Below, piece by piece: positions 18,001-33,890 of a DNA stretch of 64,000 nucleotides (position 1 is its first letter; each line of letters opens with the position of its first letter). A program made the translations under genes and the position numbers. Under the pieces are notes generated by a model. The model was not told the origin of the DNA. It saw nothing but the letters and a program-made list of their open reading frames with translations, and did no database searches. Source of the stretch: Eledone cirrhosa (lineage: Eukaryota). The stretch spans positions 51,460,001-51,524,000 of the forward strand of contig OZ024741.1 of the NCBI GenBank assembly GCA_964016885.1, in the 5' to 3' direction.

Positions 18001-21000
18001 GTATCATGTCTACAATACACATATATCATGTCTAGAGTACACATATATCATGTCTACAATACACATGTATCATGTCTACAATACACATGTATCATGTCTA
18101 CAATACACATATATCATGCCTACAGTACACATGTATCATGTCTACAATACACATATATCATGTCTACAATACACATATATCATGTCTACAATACACATGT
18201 ATCATGTCTACAATACACATGTATCATATCTACAATACATATGTATCATGTCTACAATACACATATATCATGTCTACAATACACATATATCATGTCTACA
18301 GTACACATGTATCATGTTTACAGTACACATGTATCATGTCTACAATACACATATATCATGTCTACAGTACACATACATCATGTCTACAATACACATGCAT
18401 CATGTCTACAGTACACTTATACCATGTCTACAATACACATATATCATGTCTACAATACACATATATCATGTCTACAATACACATGTATCATGTCTACAAT
18501 ACACATGTATCATGTCTACAATACACATGTATCATGTGTACAGTACACATGTATCATGTCTACAATACACATATATCATGTCTACAGTGCACAGATATCA
18601 TGTCTACGGTACACATATATCATGTCTACAATACACATATATCATGTCTACAATACACATGTATCATGTCTACAATACACATGTATCATGTCTACAGTAC
18701 ACATATATCATGTCTACAGTACACATGTATCATGTCTACAATACACATGTATCATGTCTACAGTACACATATATCATGTCTACAATACACATGTATCATG
18801 TCTACAATACACATGTATCATGTCTACAATACACATTACGACCAGGTAAACCCTGGTCCTCTCCAGCCAGCTAAACGTGGTCCTGTATGACCAGCTAAAC
18901 CCCAGTCCTCTAAACCCTGGTCCTCTACGAACAGCTAAACCCTCGTCCTCTACGACCAGCTAAACCTTGGTCCTCTACGACCAACTAAACCCTGGTCCTC
19001 TACGACCAGCTAAAGCCTGGTCCTATACGATCAGCTAAAGACTGGTCCTATACGACCAGCTAAAGCCTGGTCCTCTACGGCCAGCTAAACCCTGGTCCTA
19101 TACGACCAGCTAAACACACATGTATCATGTCTACAGTACACATGTATCATGTCTACAATACACATGTATCATATCTACAATACACATGTATCATGTCTAC
19201 AGTACACATATACCATGTCTACAGCACACATATATCATGTGTACAGTACACATATATCATGTCTACAATACACATATATCATGTCTACAGTACACATATA
19301 CCATGTCTACAATACACATATATCATGTCTACAATACACATATGCCATGTCTACAGCACACATATATCATGTCTACAGTACACATATATCATGTCTACAG
19401 TACACATGTATCATGTCTACAATACACATATATCATGTCTACAATATACATATATCACGTCTACAATACACATATATCATGTCTACAATACACATGTATC
19501 ATGTCTACAATACATATATATCATGTCTACAGTACACATGTATCATGTCTATAATACACATGTATCATGTCTACAGTACACATGTATCATGTCTACAGTA
19601 CACATATCATGTCTACAGTACACATGTACCTTGTCTACAACACACATGTATCATGTCTACAATACACATGAATCATGTCTACAACTCACATGTATCATGT
19701 CTACAATACACATATATCATGTCTACAGTACACATGTATCATGTCTACAATACACATGTATCATGTCTCTAATATACATGTATCATGTCTACAATACACA
19801 TGTATCATATCTACAATACACATGTATCATGTCTACAATACACATATATCATGTCTACAATACACATGTATCATGTCTACAATACACATATATCATGTCT
19901 ACAGTACACATATATCATGTCTACAATACACGTGTATCATGTCTACAATACACATATATCATGTCTACAGTACACATGTATCATGTCTACAGTACACATG
20001 TATCATGTCTACAATACACATATATCATGTCTACAGTACACATACATCATGTCTACAATACACATGCATCATGTCTACAGTACACATATACCATGTCTAC
20101 AATACACATATATCATGTCTACAATACACATATATCATGTCTACAATACACATGTATCATGTCTACAATACACATGTATCATGTCTACAATACACATGTA
20201 TCATGTCTACAGTACACATGTATCATGTCTACAATACACATATATCATGTCTACAGTACACATGTATCATGTCTACAATACACATGTATCATGTCTACAG
20301 TACACATATATCATGTCTACAATACACATGTATCATGTCTACAATACACATGTATCATGTCTACAATACACATATATCATGTCTACAATACACATGTATC
20401 ATGTCTACAGTACACATGTATCATGTCTACAATACACATGTATCATATCTACAATACACATGTATCATGTCTACAGTACACATATACCATGTCTACAGCA
20501 CACATATATCATGTCTACAATACACATATATCATGTCTACAGTACACATATATCATGTCTACAATACACATATATCATGTCTACAATACACATGTATCAT
20601 GTCTACAGTACACATATATCATGTCTACAGTACATATATCATGTCTACAATACACATGTATCATGTCTACAATACACATGTATCATGTCTACAATACACA
20701 TGTATCATGTCTACAATACACATGTATCATATCTACAATACACATGTATCATGTCTACAGTACACATATACCATGTCTACAGCACACATATATCATGTCT
20801 ACAGTACACATATATCATGTCTACAATACACATATATCATGTCTACAGTACACATATATCATGTCTACAATACACATATATCATGTCTACAATACACATG
20901 TATCATGTCTACTGTACACATATATCATGTCTACAGTACATATATCATGTCTACAGTACACATATATCATGTCTACAGTACATATATCATGTCTACAATA

Positions 21001-24000
21001 CACTTGTATCATGTCTACAATACACATCTATCATGTCTACAGTACACATGTATCATGTCTACAATACACATGTATCATGTCTACAATACACATGTATCAT
21101 GTCTACAGTACACATGTATCATGTCTACAGTACACATGTATCATGTCTACAGTACACATGTATCATGTCTACAATACACATGTATCATATCTACAATACA
21201 CATGTATCATGTCTACAGTACACATGTATCATGTCTACAGTACACATGTATCATGTCTACAGTACACATGTATCATGTCTACAATACACATGTATCATGT
21301 CTACAATACACATGTATCATGTCTACAGTACACATGTATCATGTCTACAGTACACATGAATCATGTCTACAATACACATGTATCATGTCTACAGTACACA
21401 TATATCATGTCTACAATACACATATATCATGTCTACAGTACACATATATCATGTCTACAGTACACATATATCATGTCTACAGTACACATGTATCATGTCT
21501 ACAATACACATATATCATGTCTACAATACACATATATCATGTCTACAATACACATGTATCATGTCTACAATACACATATATCATGTCTACAGTACACATG
21601 TATCATGTCTACAGTACACATATATCATGTCTACAATACACATATATCATGTCTACAGTACACATATATCATGTCTACAATACACATATATCATGTCTAC
21701 AATACACATATCATGTCTACAATACACATGTATCATGTCTACAATACACATATGTCTACAATACACATATATCATGTCTACAATACACATATATCATGTC
21801 TACAATACACATGTATGATGTCTACAGTACACATGTATCATGTCTACAATACACATGTATCATGTCCACCGTACACATATATCATGTCTACAATACACAT
21901 ATATCATGTCTACAATACACATGTATCATGTCTACAATACACATGTATCATGTCTACAGTACACATATATCATGTCTACAGTACATATATATCATGTCTA
22001 CAATACACATATATCATGTCTTCAATACACATATCATGTCTACAGTAGACATATATCATGTCTACTATACACATATCATGTCTACAATACACATGTATCA
22101 TGTCTACAATACACATGTATCATTTCTACAATACACATGTATCATGTCTACAGTACACATATATCATGTCTACAGTACACATATATCATGTCTACAATAC
22201 ACATATATCATGTCTACAATACACATATATCATGTCTACAGTACACATGTATCATGTCTACAATACACATATATCATGTCTACAGTACACATGTATCATG
22301 TCTACAATACACATATATCATGTCTACAATACACATATATCATGTCTACAATACACATATATCATGTCTACAGTACACATATATCATGTCTACAATACAC
22401 ATATATCATGTCTACAGTACACATATATCATGTCTACAATATACATATATCATGTCTACAATACACATATATCATGTCTACAATACACATGTATCATGTC
22501 TACAATACATATATATCATGTCTACAATACACATGTATCATGTCTACAATACATATATATCATGTCTACAATACACATGTATCATGTCTATAGTACACAT
22601 GTATCATGTCTATAATACACATGTATCATGTCTGCAGTACACATATATCATGTCTACAGTACACATGTATCTTGTCTACAATACACATGTATCATGTCTA
22701 CAATACACATGAATCATGTCTACAACTCACATGTATCATGTCTACAATACACATATATCATGTCTACAGTACACATGTATCATGTCTACAATACACATGT
22801 ATCATGTCTGCAATACACATGTTTCATGTCTACAATACACATGTATCATATCTACAATACACATGTAGCATGTCTACAATACACATATATCATGTCTACA
22901 GTACACATGTATCAGTCTACAATACACACATATCATGTCTACAGTACACATGTATCATGTCTACAATACACATATATCATGTCTACAGTACATATGTATC
23001 ATGTCTACAATACACATATATCATGTCTACAATACACATATATCATGTCTACAATACACATATATCAAGTCTACAGTACACATATATCATGTCTACAATA
23101 CACATATATCATGTCTACAGTACACATATATCATGTCTACAATATACATATATCATGTCTACAATACACATATATCATGTCTACAATACACATGTATCAT
23201 GTCTACAATACATATATATCAAGTCTACAATACACATGTATCATGTCTACAGTACACATGTATCATGTCTATAATACACATGTATCATGTCTACAGTACA
23301 CATATATCATGTCTACAGTACACATGTATCTTGTTTACAATACACATGTATCATGTCTACAATACACATGAATCATGTCTACAACTCACATGTATCATGT
23401 CTACAATACACATATATCATGTCTACAGTACACATGTATCATGTCTACAATACACATGTATCATGTCTCTAATACACATGTATCATGTCTACAATACACA
23501 TGTATCATATCTACAATACACATGTAGCATGTCTACAATACACATATATCATGTCTACAGTACACATGTATCATGTCTACAATACACATATATCATGTCT
23601 ACAGTACACATGTATCATGTCTACAATACACATATATCATGTCTACAGTACACATGTATCATGTCTACAATACACATATATCATGTCTACAATACACATA
23701 TATCATGTCTACAATACACATATATCATGTCTACAATACACATGTATCATGTCTACAATACACATGTATCATATCTACAATACACATGTATCATGTCTAC
23801 AATACACATATATCATGTTAACAATACACATATATCATGTCTACAGTACACATGTATCATGTCTACAATACACATATATCATGTCTACAGTACACATACA
23901 TCATGTCTACAATACACATGCATCATGTCTACAATACACATATATCATGTCTACAGTACACATGTATCATGTCTACACTACACATGTATCATGTTTACAA

Positions 24001-27000
24001 TACACATGTATCATGTCTACAATACACATGTATCATGTCTACAATACACATATATCATGTCTACTGTACACATATATCATGTCTACAGTACACATGTATC
24101 ATGTCTACAATACACATGTATCATGTCTACAATACACATATATCATGTCTACAATACACATATATCATGTCTACAGTACACATATATCATGTTTACAATA
24201 CACATATACCATGTCTACAATACACATATATCATGTCTACAATACACATATATCATGTCTACAGTACACATATATCATGTCTACAGTACACATATACCAT
24301 GTCTACAATACACATATATCATGTCTACAATACACATATATCATGTCTACAATACACATGTATCATGTATACAATACACATGTATCATGTCTACAATACA
24401 CATGTATCATGTCTACAGTACACATGTATCATGTCTACAATACACATATATCATGTCTACAATACATATATTATGTCTACAATACACACGTGTCATGTCT
24501 ACAATACACATGTATCATTTCTACAATACACATATATCATGTCTACAATACACATGTGTCATGTCTACAATATACATATATCATGTCTACAATACACATG
24601 TATCATGTCTACAGTACACATATATCATGTCTACAATACACATATATCATGTCTACAATACACATGTATCATGTCTACAATACACATGTATCATATCTAC
24701 AATACACATGTATCATGTCTACAATACACATATATCATGTCTACAATACACATACATCATGTCTATAGTACACATGTATCATGTCTACAGTACACATGTA
24801 TCATGTCTACAATACACATATATCATGTCTACAATACACATGTATCATGTCTACAATACACATGTATCATGTCTACAATACACATATATCATGTCTACAG
24901 TACACATGTATCATGTCTACTGTACACATGTATCATGTCTACAGTACACATGTATCATGTCTACAATACACACATATCAGGTCTACAATACACATGTATC
25001 ATGTCTACAATACACATATATCATGTCTACAGTACACATATATTATGTCTACAGTACACATGTATCATGTCTACAATACACATGTATCATGTCTACAATA
25101 CACATATATCATGTCTACAATACACATGTATCATGTCTACAATACACATGTATCATGTCTACAATACACATATATCATGTCTACAGTATTCATGTATCAT
25201 GTCTACAGTACACATGTATCATGTCTACAGTACACATGTATCATGTCTACAATACACATATATCATGTCTACACTACACATGTATCATGTCTACAATACA
25301 CATGTATCATGTCTACAATACACATATATCATGTCTACAGTACACATATATCATGTCTACAGTACACATGTATCATGTCTACAATACACATATATCATGT
25401 CTACAATACACATATATCATGTCTACAGTACACATGTATCATGTCTACAGTACACATGTATCATGTCTACAGTACACATGTATCATGTCTACAATACACA
25501 TGTATCATGTCTACAATACACATATATCATGTCTACAATACACATATATCATGTCTACAGTACACATATATCATGTCTACAATACACATATACCATGTCT
25601 ACAATACACATATATCATGTCTACAATACACATATATCATGTCTACAGTACACATATATCATGTCTACAGTACACATATACCATGTCTACAATACACATG
25701 TATCATGTCTACAATACACATATATCATGTCTACAGTACACATGTATCATGTCTACAATACACACATATCATGTCTACAATACACATGTATCATGTCTAC
25801 AATACACATATATCATGTCTACAGTACTCATGTATCATGTCTACAGTACACATGTATCATGTCTACAGTACACATGTATCATGTCTACAATACACATATA
25901 TCATGTCTACAATACACATATATCATGTCTACACTACACATGTATCATGTCTACAATACACATGTATCATGTCTACAATACACATATATCATGTCTACAG
26001 TACACATATATCATGTCTACAGTACACATGTATCATGTCTACAATACACATATATCATGTCTACAATACACATATATCATGTCTACAGTACACATGTATC
26101 ATGTCTACAGTACACATGTATAATGTCTACAGTACACATGTATCATTTCTACAATACACATGTATCATGTCTACAATACACATATATCATGTCTACAATA
26201 CACATATATCATGTCTACAGTACACATATATCATGTCTACAATACACATATACCATGTCTACAATACACATATATCATGTCTACAATACACATATATCAT
26301 GTCTACAGTACACATATATCATGTCTACAGTACACATATATCATGTCTACAGTACACATATATCATGTCTACAATACACATGTATCATGTCTACAGTACA
26401 CATATATCATGTCTACACTACACATGTATCATGTCTACAATACACATGTATCATGTCTACAATACACATATATCATGTCTACAGTACACATGTATCATGT
26501 CTACAATACATATATCATGTCTACAATACACATGTGTCATGTCTACAATACACATGTATCATTTCTACAATACACATATATCATGTCTACAATACACATG
26601 TATCATGTCTACAATACACATATATCATGTATACAATACACACATATCATGTCTACAATACACATGTATCATGTCTACAATACACATATATCATGTCTAC
26701 AATACACATGTATCATGTCTACAATACACATATATCATGTCTACAATACACATGTATCAAGTCTACAATACACATATATCATGTCTACAATACACATATA
26801 TCATGTCTACAGTACACATATATCATGTCTACAGTACACATATATCATGTCTACAGTACACATATATCATGTCTACAGTACACATATATCATGTCTACAA
26901 TACACATTTATCATGTCTACAATACACATATATCATGTCTACAATACACATGTATCGTGTCTACAGTACACATGTATCATGTCTACAATACACATGTATC

Positions 27001-28600
27001 ATGTCTACAATACACATATATCATGTCTACAGTATACATATATCATGTCTATAGTCAACATGTATCATGTCTACAGTACACATGTATCATGTCTACAATA
27101 CACATATATCATGTCTACAATACACATGTATCATGTCTACAGTACACATATATCATGTCTACAATACACATATCATGTCTACAATACACATATATCATGT
27201 CTACAGTACACATATATCATGTCTACACTACACATGTATCATGTCTACAATACACATGTATCATGTCTACAATACACATATATCATGTCTACAGTACACA
27301 TATATCATGTCTACACTACACACATATCATGTCTACAATACACATGTATCATGTCTACAATACACATATATCATGTCTACACTACACACATATCATGTCT
27401 ACAATACACATGTATCATGTCTACAATACACATATATGTCTACAGTACACATATATCATGTCTACAATACACATATATCATGTCTACAATACACATGTAT
27501 CATGTCTACAATACACATGTATCATGTCTACAATACAGATGTATCATGTCTACAATACACATATATCATGTCTACAATACACATATCATGTCTACAATAC
27601 ACATATATCATGCCTACAGTACACATATATCATGTCTACACTACACATGTATCATGTCTATAATACACATGTATCACGTCTACAATACACATATATCATG
27701 TCTACAGTACACATGCATCATGTCTACAATACATATATCATGTCTACAATACACATGTGTCTTGTCTACAATACACATATATCATGTCTACAATACACAT
27801 ATATCATGTCTACAATACACATGTTTCATGTCTACAATATACATATATCATGTCTACAATACACATGTATCATGTCTACAGTACACATATATCATGTGTA
27901 CAATACACATATATCATGTCTACAGTACACACATATCATGTCTACAGTACACATATATCATGTCTACAGTACACATATATCATGTCTACAGTACACATAT
28001 ATCATGTCTACAGTACACATATATCATGTCTACAATACACATATATCATGTCTACAGTACACATATATCATGTCTACAGTACACATATATCATGTCTACA
28101 ATACACATGTATCATGTCTACAGTACACATATATCATGTCTACAGTACACATAAATCATGTCTACAATACACATATATCATGTCTACAATACACATGTAT
28201 CAGTCTACAATACACATGTATCATGTCTACAGTACACATGTATCATGTCTACAATACACATGTATCATGTCTACAGTACACATATATCATGTCTACAGTA
28301 CACATATATCATGTCTACAGTACACATATATCATGTCTACAGTAGACATATATCATGTCTACAATACATATATCATGTCTACAATACACATATATCATGT
28401 CTACAATACACATATATCATATCTACAATACACATATATCATGTCTACAGTACACATGTATCATGTCTACAATACACATATCATGTCTACAATACACATA
28501 TCATGTCTACAGTACACATATATCATGTCTACAATACACATATATCATGTCTACAATACACATATATCATGTCTACAGTACACATATATCATGTCCACAA
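1..28600. repeat. 22-bp tandem satellite, consensus ATCATGTCTACARTACACATRT, roughly 1,300 units, truncated by the window start; intronic in USP40
   Basis: Unit read directly throughout. Occasional 20- and 21-bp variants (GTACATATATC, ACACAGTATC). The array degenerates at ~28595, about 100 bp before a splice acceptor. Confidence 0.99.
18837..19115. repeat. ~11 copies of a 25-bp unit TACGACCAGCTAAACCCTGGTCCTC inserted into the 22-bp satellite
   Basis: Abrupt GC-richer block. ACACAT lies on both flanks (18831-18836 and 19116-19121). Confidence 0.95.
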
Positions 28601-28699
28601 CTATAAAGTCAATATGAATGCCCCAACCTCCCATCTTCCTACCATAATACACACATCTGTAATGTCTATAATTATATTTCTTACATTGTTATTTTCCAG

Positions 28700-28767
28700 A
28701 GAATCTTTTCAGTTTGAGTGAGAATGAACTTGGAAAGCTGTCAGACCGAAATAAACCTGATGCTAAG
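28700..28767 (+). CDS. USP40: USP40-like deubiquitinase internal exon 1 in window: (E)NLFSLSENELGKLSDRNKPDAK
   Basis: ttttccAG acceptor and AAG|GTAAAC donor. Peptide resembles vertebrate USP40 LFSL..EELG..DKPDAK. In frame with the next exon. An alternative acceptor 2 nt downstream is possible. Confidence 0.85.
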
Positions 28768-29124
28768 GTAAACCCAAGAAATATATTGGCAGATCTACTT
28801 TCATGTTTATTAGTAATCCTCATTTAAAGTTTGTCATTACTAAACTTTAAATAGTACAAGAAGGCTTTTTACAATCTTGAATCATTTAAAAAAGATATTT
28901 AAACATTTTTTTTCTTTACTGTTTAGTCAGTTAGGGAAGGAGTCAGTTAAGGAAGGACAGTGCCCAAGACATTTTTCACAGCCTCAGAGATTTGTGGGCA
29001 AGAAAGAGAGGGAGAAATGTATGCTCAAACTGGAAGCTAAGCTGGAATGCTAAAGAACCCTAAGGGCCTGGTGGTGGTGTTAAACTGAGTGATGGATTAA
29101 AATCACCTAAGTAGGCTACAGAGG

Positions 29125-30135
29125 TCCTTGGGTAATAGGTCCAACACATGATCTGGTTTAACGCACAGCCACCACCTGGTCCCTGGTTGATAGCTCCAAC
29201 ACATGACCTGGTCTAACACCACCACCTGGTCCTTGGGTGATAGGTCCAACACAAGACCTGGTCTAACACCACCACTTGGTCTCTGGTTGATAGGTCCAAC
29301 ACAAGACCTGGTCTAACACCACCACTTGGTCCCTGGTTGATAGGTCCAACACATGACCTGGTTTAACACCACCACTTGGTCTCTGGTTGATAGGTCCAAC
29401 ACATGACCTGGTTTAACACCACACTTGGTCTCTGGTTGATAGGTCCAACACATGACCTGGTTTAACACCACACTTGGTCTCTGGTTGATAGGTCCAACAC
29501 ATGATCTGGTTTAACACCACACTTGGTCTCTGGTTGATAGGTCCAACACATGACCTGGTTTAACACCACACTTGGTCTCTGGTTGATAGGTCCAACACAT
29601 GACCTGGTTTAACACCACACTTGGTCTCTGGTTGATAGGTCCAACACAAGACCTGGTCTAACACCACCACTTGGTCCCTGGTTGATAGGTCCAACACAAG
29701 ACCTGGTCTAACACCACCACTTGGTCTCTGGTTGATAGGTCCAACACAAGACCTGGTCTAACACCACCACTTGGTCCCTGGTTGATAGGTCCAACACATG
29801 ACCTGGTTTAACACCACACTTGGTCTCTGGTTGATAGGTCCAACACATGACCTGGTTTAACACCACACTTGGTCTCTGGTTGATAGGTCCAACACAAGAC
29901 CTGGTCTAACACCACCACTTGGTCCCTGGTTGATAGGTCCAACACATGACCTGGTTTAACACCACCACTTGGTCTCTGGTTGATAGGTCCAACACATGAC
30001 CTGGTTTAACACCACACTTGGTCTCTGGTTGATAGGTCCAACGCATGGCCTGGTTTAACACCACCACCAGATTCTTGGGTGATAGGAGCAACATATGACC
30101 TCGTCTAACACCACCACCTGGTCCCTGGTTGAAGG
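29125..30135. repeat. 49-50-bp minisatellite, ~20 copies (TAGGTCCAACACATGACCTGGTTTAACACCACCACTTGGTCTCTGGTTGA)
   Basis: TAGGTCC recurs at 29241, 29291, 29341, 29391, 29440 and onward; edge copies are degenerate. Confidence 0.97.
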
Positions 30136-30470
30136 TGATTAAATTATCAGTTGTTACCCCCCACCTCCTCCTAAAAAAATGGAACAGAGTCACTATATAA
30201 TTATTTGCTTCATAAAGTAGCTGTCATTTAAAATTTTTAGATATATTTAAAAATAATTGAATGATTTAAAACTATATTTCTTCTAACTAATTAAAGAGTA
30301 TGGTAGTACGTCTTAGAATCTGCCCTCTTCTCCTCAAAAGCCTTACAATATGTAAGGAACATTTTTTTATGCACAATAGCTGTGCCCACGCATAGCCTCA
30401 GCCCATCAGCTGGAACACGTAGCAGAGTAAATGATTGAAAAATGTTGTTTATTTTTAAATGTATCAGAAA

Positions 30471-31752
30471 CTAGCAGCAGTACCCAGTGTTGCCTGGGTA
30501 GGTAAAATAATATCTGCTTTGATCAAAAGATGTTGATCTTAGCAACTGCTTCTCGATGACTCATATATGGCCACGCACAGGCCATGCGGGGGAGGGTGGT
30601 GATGACCTCTATCACTGAGAAACGCGGGTGACTGACGAAGGAGCATGCTGGGGGAGGGAGGTAATGACCTCTAACACTAAGCCAAATTTCCTCACGCTAC
30701 TTGATTGGAAACCGATGAATTCTCAAATACACAACTAAAAGCTCAGATGACGTCAGTGGCCATCGTTTTGCCTTTGACCATCTATAAGATGTGCAATGAT
30801 AGGTTCTATCGTAGTATAAAAGTTGAACCAAATAAATTAATTTGTGAGGTGGAGCCGAAGTTTCGAATTTGAACGAAATCGGTTGAAAAATGTGGGAGCT
30901 AATGATAGGTCGCCGTCCCTGAACAAAAAATGCAAAGTGTAAAGCTACTATAAGATGTGCAATGATAGGTTCTATCGTAGTATAAAAGTTGAACCAAATA
31001 AATTGATTAATGTGTGAGGTGGAGCTGAAGTTTCGAATTTGAGCGAAATCGGTTGAAAAATGTGGGAGCTAATGATAGGTTCTATCGTAGTATAAAAGTT
31101 GAACCAAATAAATTGATTTGTGTGAGGTGGAGCTGAAGTTTCGAATTTGAATGTGATTGGTTGAAAAATGTGGGAGCTAGAGCCAAAAAGGTGGAAATTT
31201 GAGCGAAAAGGTGGTATTTTAGAATATTTAAGCAGCTGCCACACCGTTCCTGAACAAAAAATCCAAAATGTAAAGCCACTTTAAGACGTGAAATAATCAG
31301 ATCTAGCGTAGTGTAAAATTTAAACAAAGTAGGTTGATTAATGTGGGAGCTAGAGCGAAAAAGTGGAAATTTGAGTCTAAAAGTGGTATTTTTGAATATT
31401 TAAGCGGCTGCCACGCCGTCCCTGAACAACAAATGCAAAATATAAAGCCATTACAGGATGTGCAATGATAAATTCTATTTTGCTTTAAAATTTGAACGAA
31501 ATCGGTGGCAAAATGTGGGAGCTAGAGCCAAAAATCTTATTTTTCGATACCTAAAAAAAGTGACCCGCCCTATCGATTTTTATCTGCAGAATGACCCCGG
31601 AATAAAAAAACAATACACTGATACATAGAAAACACTCCCCAATGACTAATCTATGCGCCTGTAAATTTTCATGAAAATCGGTCGTAAGATGTAGGCCCCT
31701 ATAGGTAATACACAGACACACACACACATACTTAATTTTATATATATACAGA
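30471..31752 (-). mobile_element. Non-autonomous Helitron with internal ~120-180-bp tandem repeats (30780-31530)
   Basis: On + the left end is A|CTAG with a nearby hairpin TACCCAG-TGTTGC-CTGGGTA, and the right end is TTTTATATATATACAGA|T. On - this reads TC...CTAG inserted between A and T with no TSD. Confidence 0.8.
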
Positions 31753-32295
31753 TATTAAAGAACAAAAGAATGTGTGTCAATGTATGGCTGTGTGGTTAAG
31801 AAGTTTAGTTTACATATTGAGACTTAACCCATTATATTTATTTTATAACGTATGAGATTTCTAGTAATGTATTTTTTTGTCATGTTTAAAGAAAATTGTC
31901 GCAGGAATGATACCAGTTAAAATAAAATTTCACCAGAGATAGCTTAGCAAAATTTAATGGGGGTGGGGGTGAATAAGATCGAGGATGGGGTATGTGGAAA
32001 TTCTGAAAAATAAATGGGGGAGGGGCGATTATTCAAGACCCAAGAGTAAAAACCTGCATGTTCCAAACACCACCTTAATAATGAGAAAGTTAATTATATT
32101 ACTAAATCCCTCTAAATTCTTGATTATTTTCAAAATCAGTTGAGAAAAATAGGCAGTGTTTTTTTAGAAATATTGTAATGAAAGGGTCTAACAGATTTTC
32201 TTCATTTGCTACATGTTTCACCTCATCTATGGAAGCTACATGGGTCTGCTTGATAAGGTTTGACCTGGACTGAACAATGAAAACAACTTCCCCAA

Positions 32296-32434
32296 ATAAT
32301 GATTTCTGATTTAGGCACAAGGCCAACAATTTGGGGGGAAGGGATTAAATCTACCCCAGTGCGTTACTGGTACATTATTTTATTGACCCCTGTAAGGATG
32401 AAAGGTAAAGCTAATTTCAGCAGGATTTGAACTT
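32296..32434 (-). mobile_element. SINE-like interspersed repeat fragment (octopus-type), same family as 44780-45180
   Basis: Reverse complement aligns by eye with 44830-44970 (GTTCAAATCC...TTTCATCCTTACAGGGGTCAATAAAATAA..TACCAGTAA). Confidence 0.75.
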
Positions 32435-32579
32435 CCCCAAATAACGAAGTGAAAATGGTGTATTTTGAGTGAACAGTGAAATGATATAGATACTAAATGT
32501 TTAGAACACAAGGCCCTTCATCAGAGAACCTGTCTAATATCCCTTTAATCATGAGGTTCTATTTTTTTTATTTACTCAG

Positions 32580-32693
32580 GTCCGTGTCATTCCTCTGCAA
32601 CTTCAGCGTCTCTTCACCCAGCTGTTATTTGCAGATCTTCGCAGTATCTCTACAGTGGAGCTGACAGAAAGTTTTGGATGGACTAACAACGAG
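32580..32693 (+). CDS. USP40: USP40-like exon 2: VRVIPLQLQRLFTQLLFADLRSISTVELTESFGWTNNE
   Basis: tactcAG acceptor, GAG|GTAAGA donor, 114 nt, phase 0. IPLQLQRLF and SFGW motifs of USP7/USP47/USP40-type domains. Confidence 0.95.
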
Positions 32694-32838
32694 GTAAGAT
32701 CACTGCACCTCTTTATCACATATTTGACAGGAGATGGGATCACGAGGAAGAACCAGTCATAAAATACTGCTTCAAACAGACCTATAATGATAATGTTATA
32801 CATTAAAATCATTGATTATATTTTGTTTGTTTCCACAG

Positions 32839-32964
32839 GAAATGCAGCAGCATGATGTACAGGAACTTAACCGCATTCTCTTCAGTGCTATTGAAGACTC
32901 TTTGGTTGGTACTTCAGGCCAAAATCTTATCCAAAAACTCTACCATGGACAAGTTGTCAACCAA
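32839..32964 (+). CDS. USP40: USP40-like exon 3: EMQQHDVQELNRILFSAIEDSLVGTSGQNLIQKLYHGQVVNQ
   Basis: ccacAG acceptor, CAA|GTAAGA donor, 126 nt. QHDVQE box; NRILFSA and SLVGTSG are characteristic of USP40. Confidence 0.96.
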
Positions 32965-33794
32965 GTAAGAAATTCATTTCTTTTTCAGCTTTCCACAGAT
33001 TTCTTCCTTTTTAGTATACCAGTCATTTATATCAACAACAACAACCACCTTAGCACTGACTGCCCTTAAAAACACCATAGCTGTATACCTGTCCAGTCAT
33101 GTTTCCTACATACATCACAGGATACCTTTAATCCTTTCATGACTATCTAACCCATGCTAGCATGGGTTAGATGGACGTAAAATGGTGAGGATTATGATTT
33201 CCAATGAAATGTACTTTATTTGAATTAACTAATAAAGAATTTCAAGGGATTTACTAAAATTATTTCATTATAAAAAAAAAAAAAAAAGTAGAAACAATTA
33301 TTAAAATAATATTTGTAATATAATTTAATAAAAAGTTCCTATATAAAATTGTGTTGGGAAATTTAAATTTAAATGGGAACCCTTTAAAATGTGCAGTTTT
33401 GTTTCATGGAACCAGAGCTGGTTTTAGTGGGTTGTTTAAAAGTGTTAATCTCAAACCACTCTCAGTACTTTGTAACACCTTTGTGAGATATTCAGCATTA
33501 AACAGTGACATTGGCAGTTTTATTTTACAAGGTGGGACAATAATTTATAAGAAGAGAGGAAATACAAATCTTACACACAGATTAAGTTTACCTTGGTTGT
33601 TTTTGTTGTTACCACCATGGTATCATATACCCCTATATTTACTACACACAGAAACATGTATATATACAAATATATATATATATATATAGTAATCATTCAT
33701 ATTATCAGATTTTGAAGGATTTTAATTAAATTATAAACACTTTACTATGGTCAGTCTTGATCAAGTTAGTATTAAAAAGGTCAAAGTAGTACTT

Positions 33795-33890
33795 TGAGAT
33801 TGTTGCTTCTTACAGAACCCTCTGAAAGATGTGTCTGAGGACTCTGCCTCCAAGACCCTCTTAGGAATAAGTGGGCAAAGAAAAGAGAAC
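33795..33890 (+). mobile_element. Short 3'-end fragment of an RTE-like LINE, same family as 41365-41766
   Basis: GAGATTGTTGCTTCTTACAGAACC...TGAGGACTC matches 41675-41740 by eye. Confidence 0.6.

Noticed and set aside
8-28721. Giant + strand ORFs (up to 1817 aa) of MSTIHIYHVYNTHISCLQYT repeats
   Set aside because: The same peptide appears in all three frames because a stop-free 22-bp unit cycles through frames. Indels are tolerated freely and the region is intronic. Not a protein.
1-30135. CRISPR-like arrays (22-, 25- and 50-bp repeats)
   Set aside because: Units are head-to-tail with no unique spacers, there are no cas genes, and the context is eukaryotic.
18837-30135. Possible common origin of the 25-bp and 50-bp repeats (both rich in GACC and CTGGT)
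   Set aside because: Only 5-6-nt words are shared and no colinear alignment is visible.
32485-32530. Hammerhead-like CTGATGA-AGGGC...GTTCT-AAAC on the - strand
   Set aside because: The conserved G of GAAA is missing and stem I pairs poorly; at most a decayed relic.
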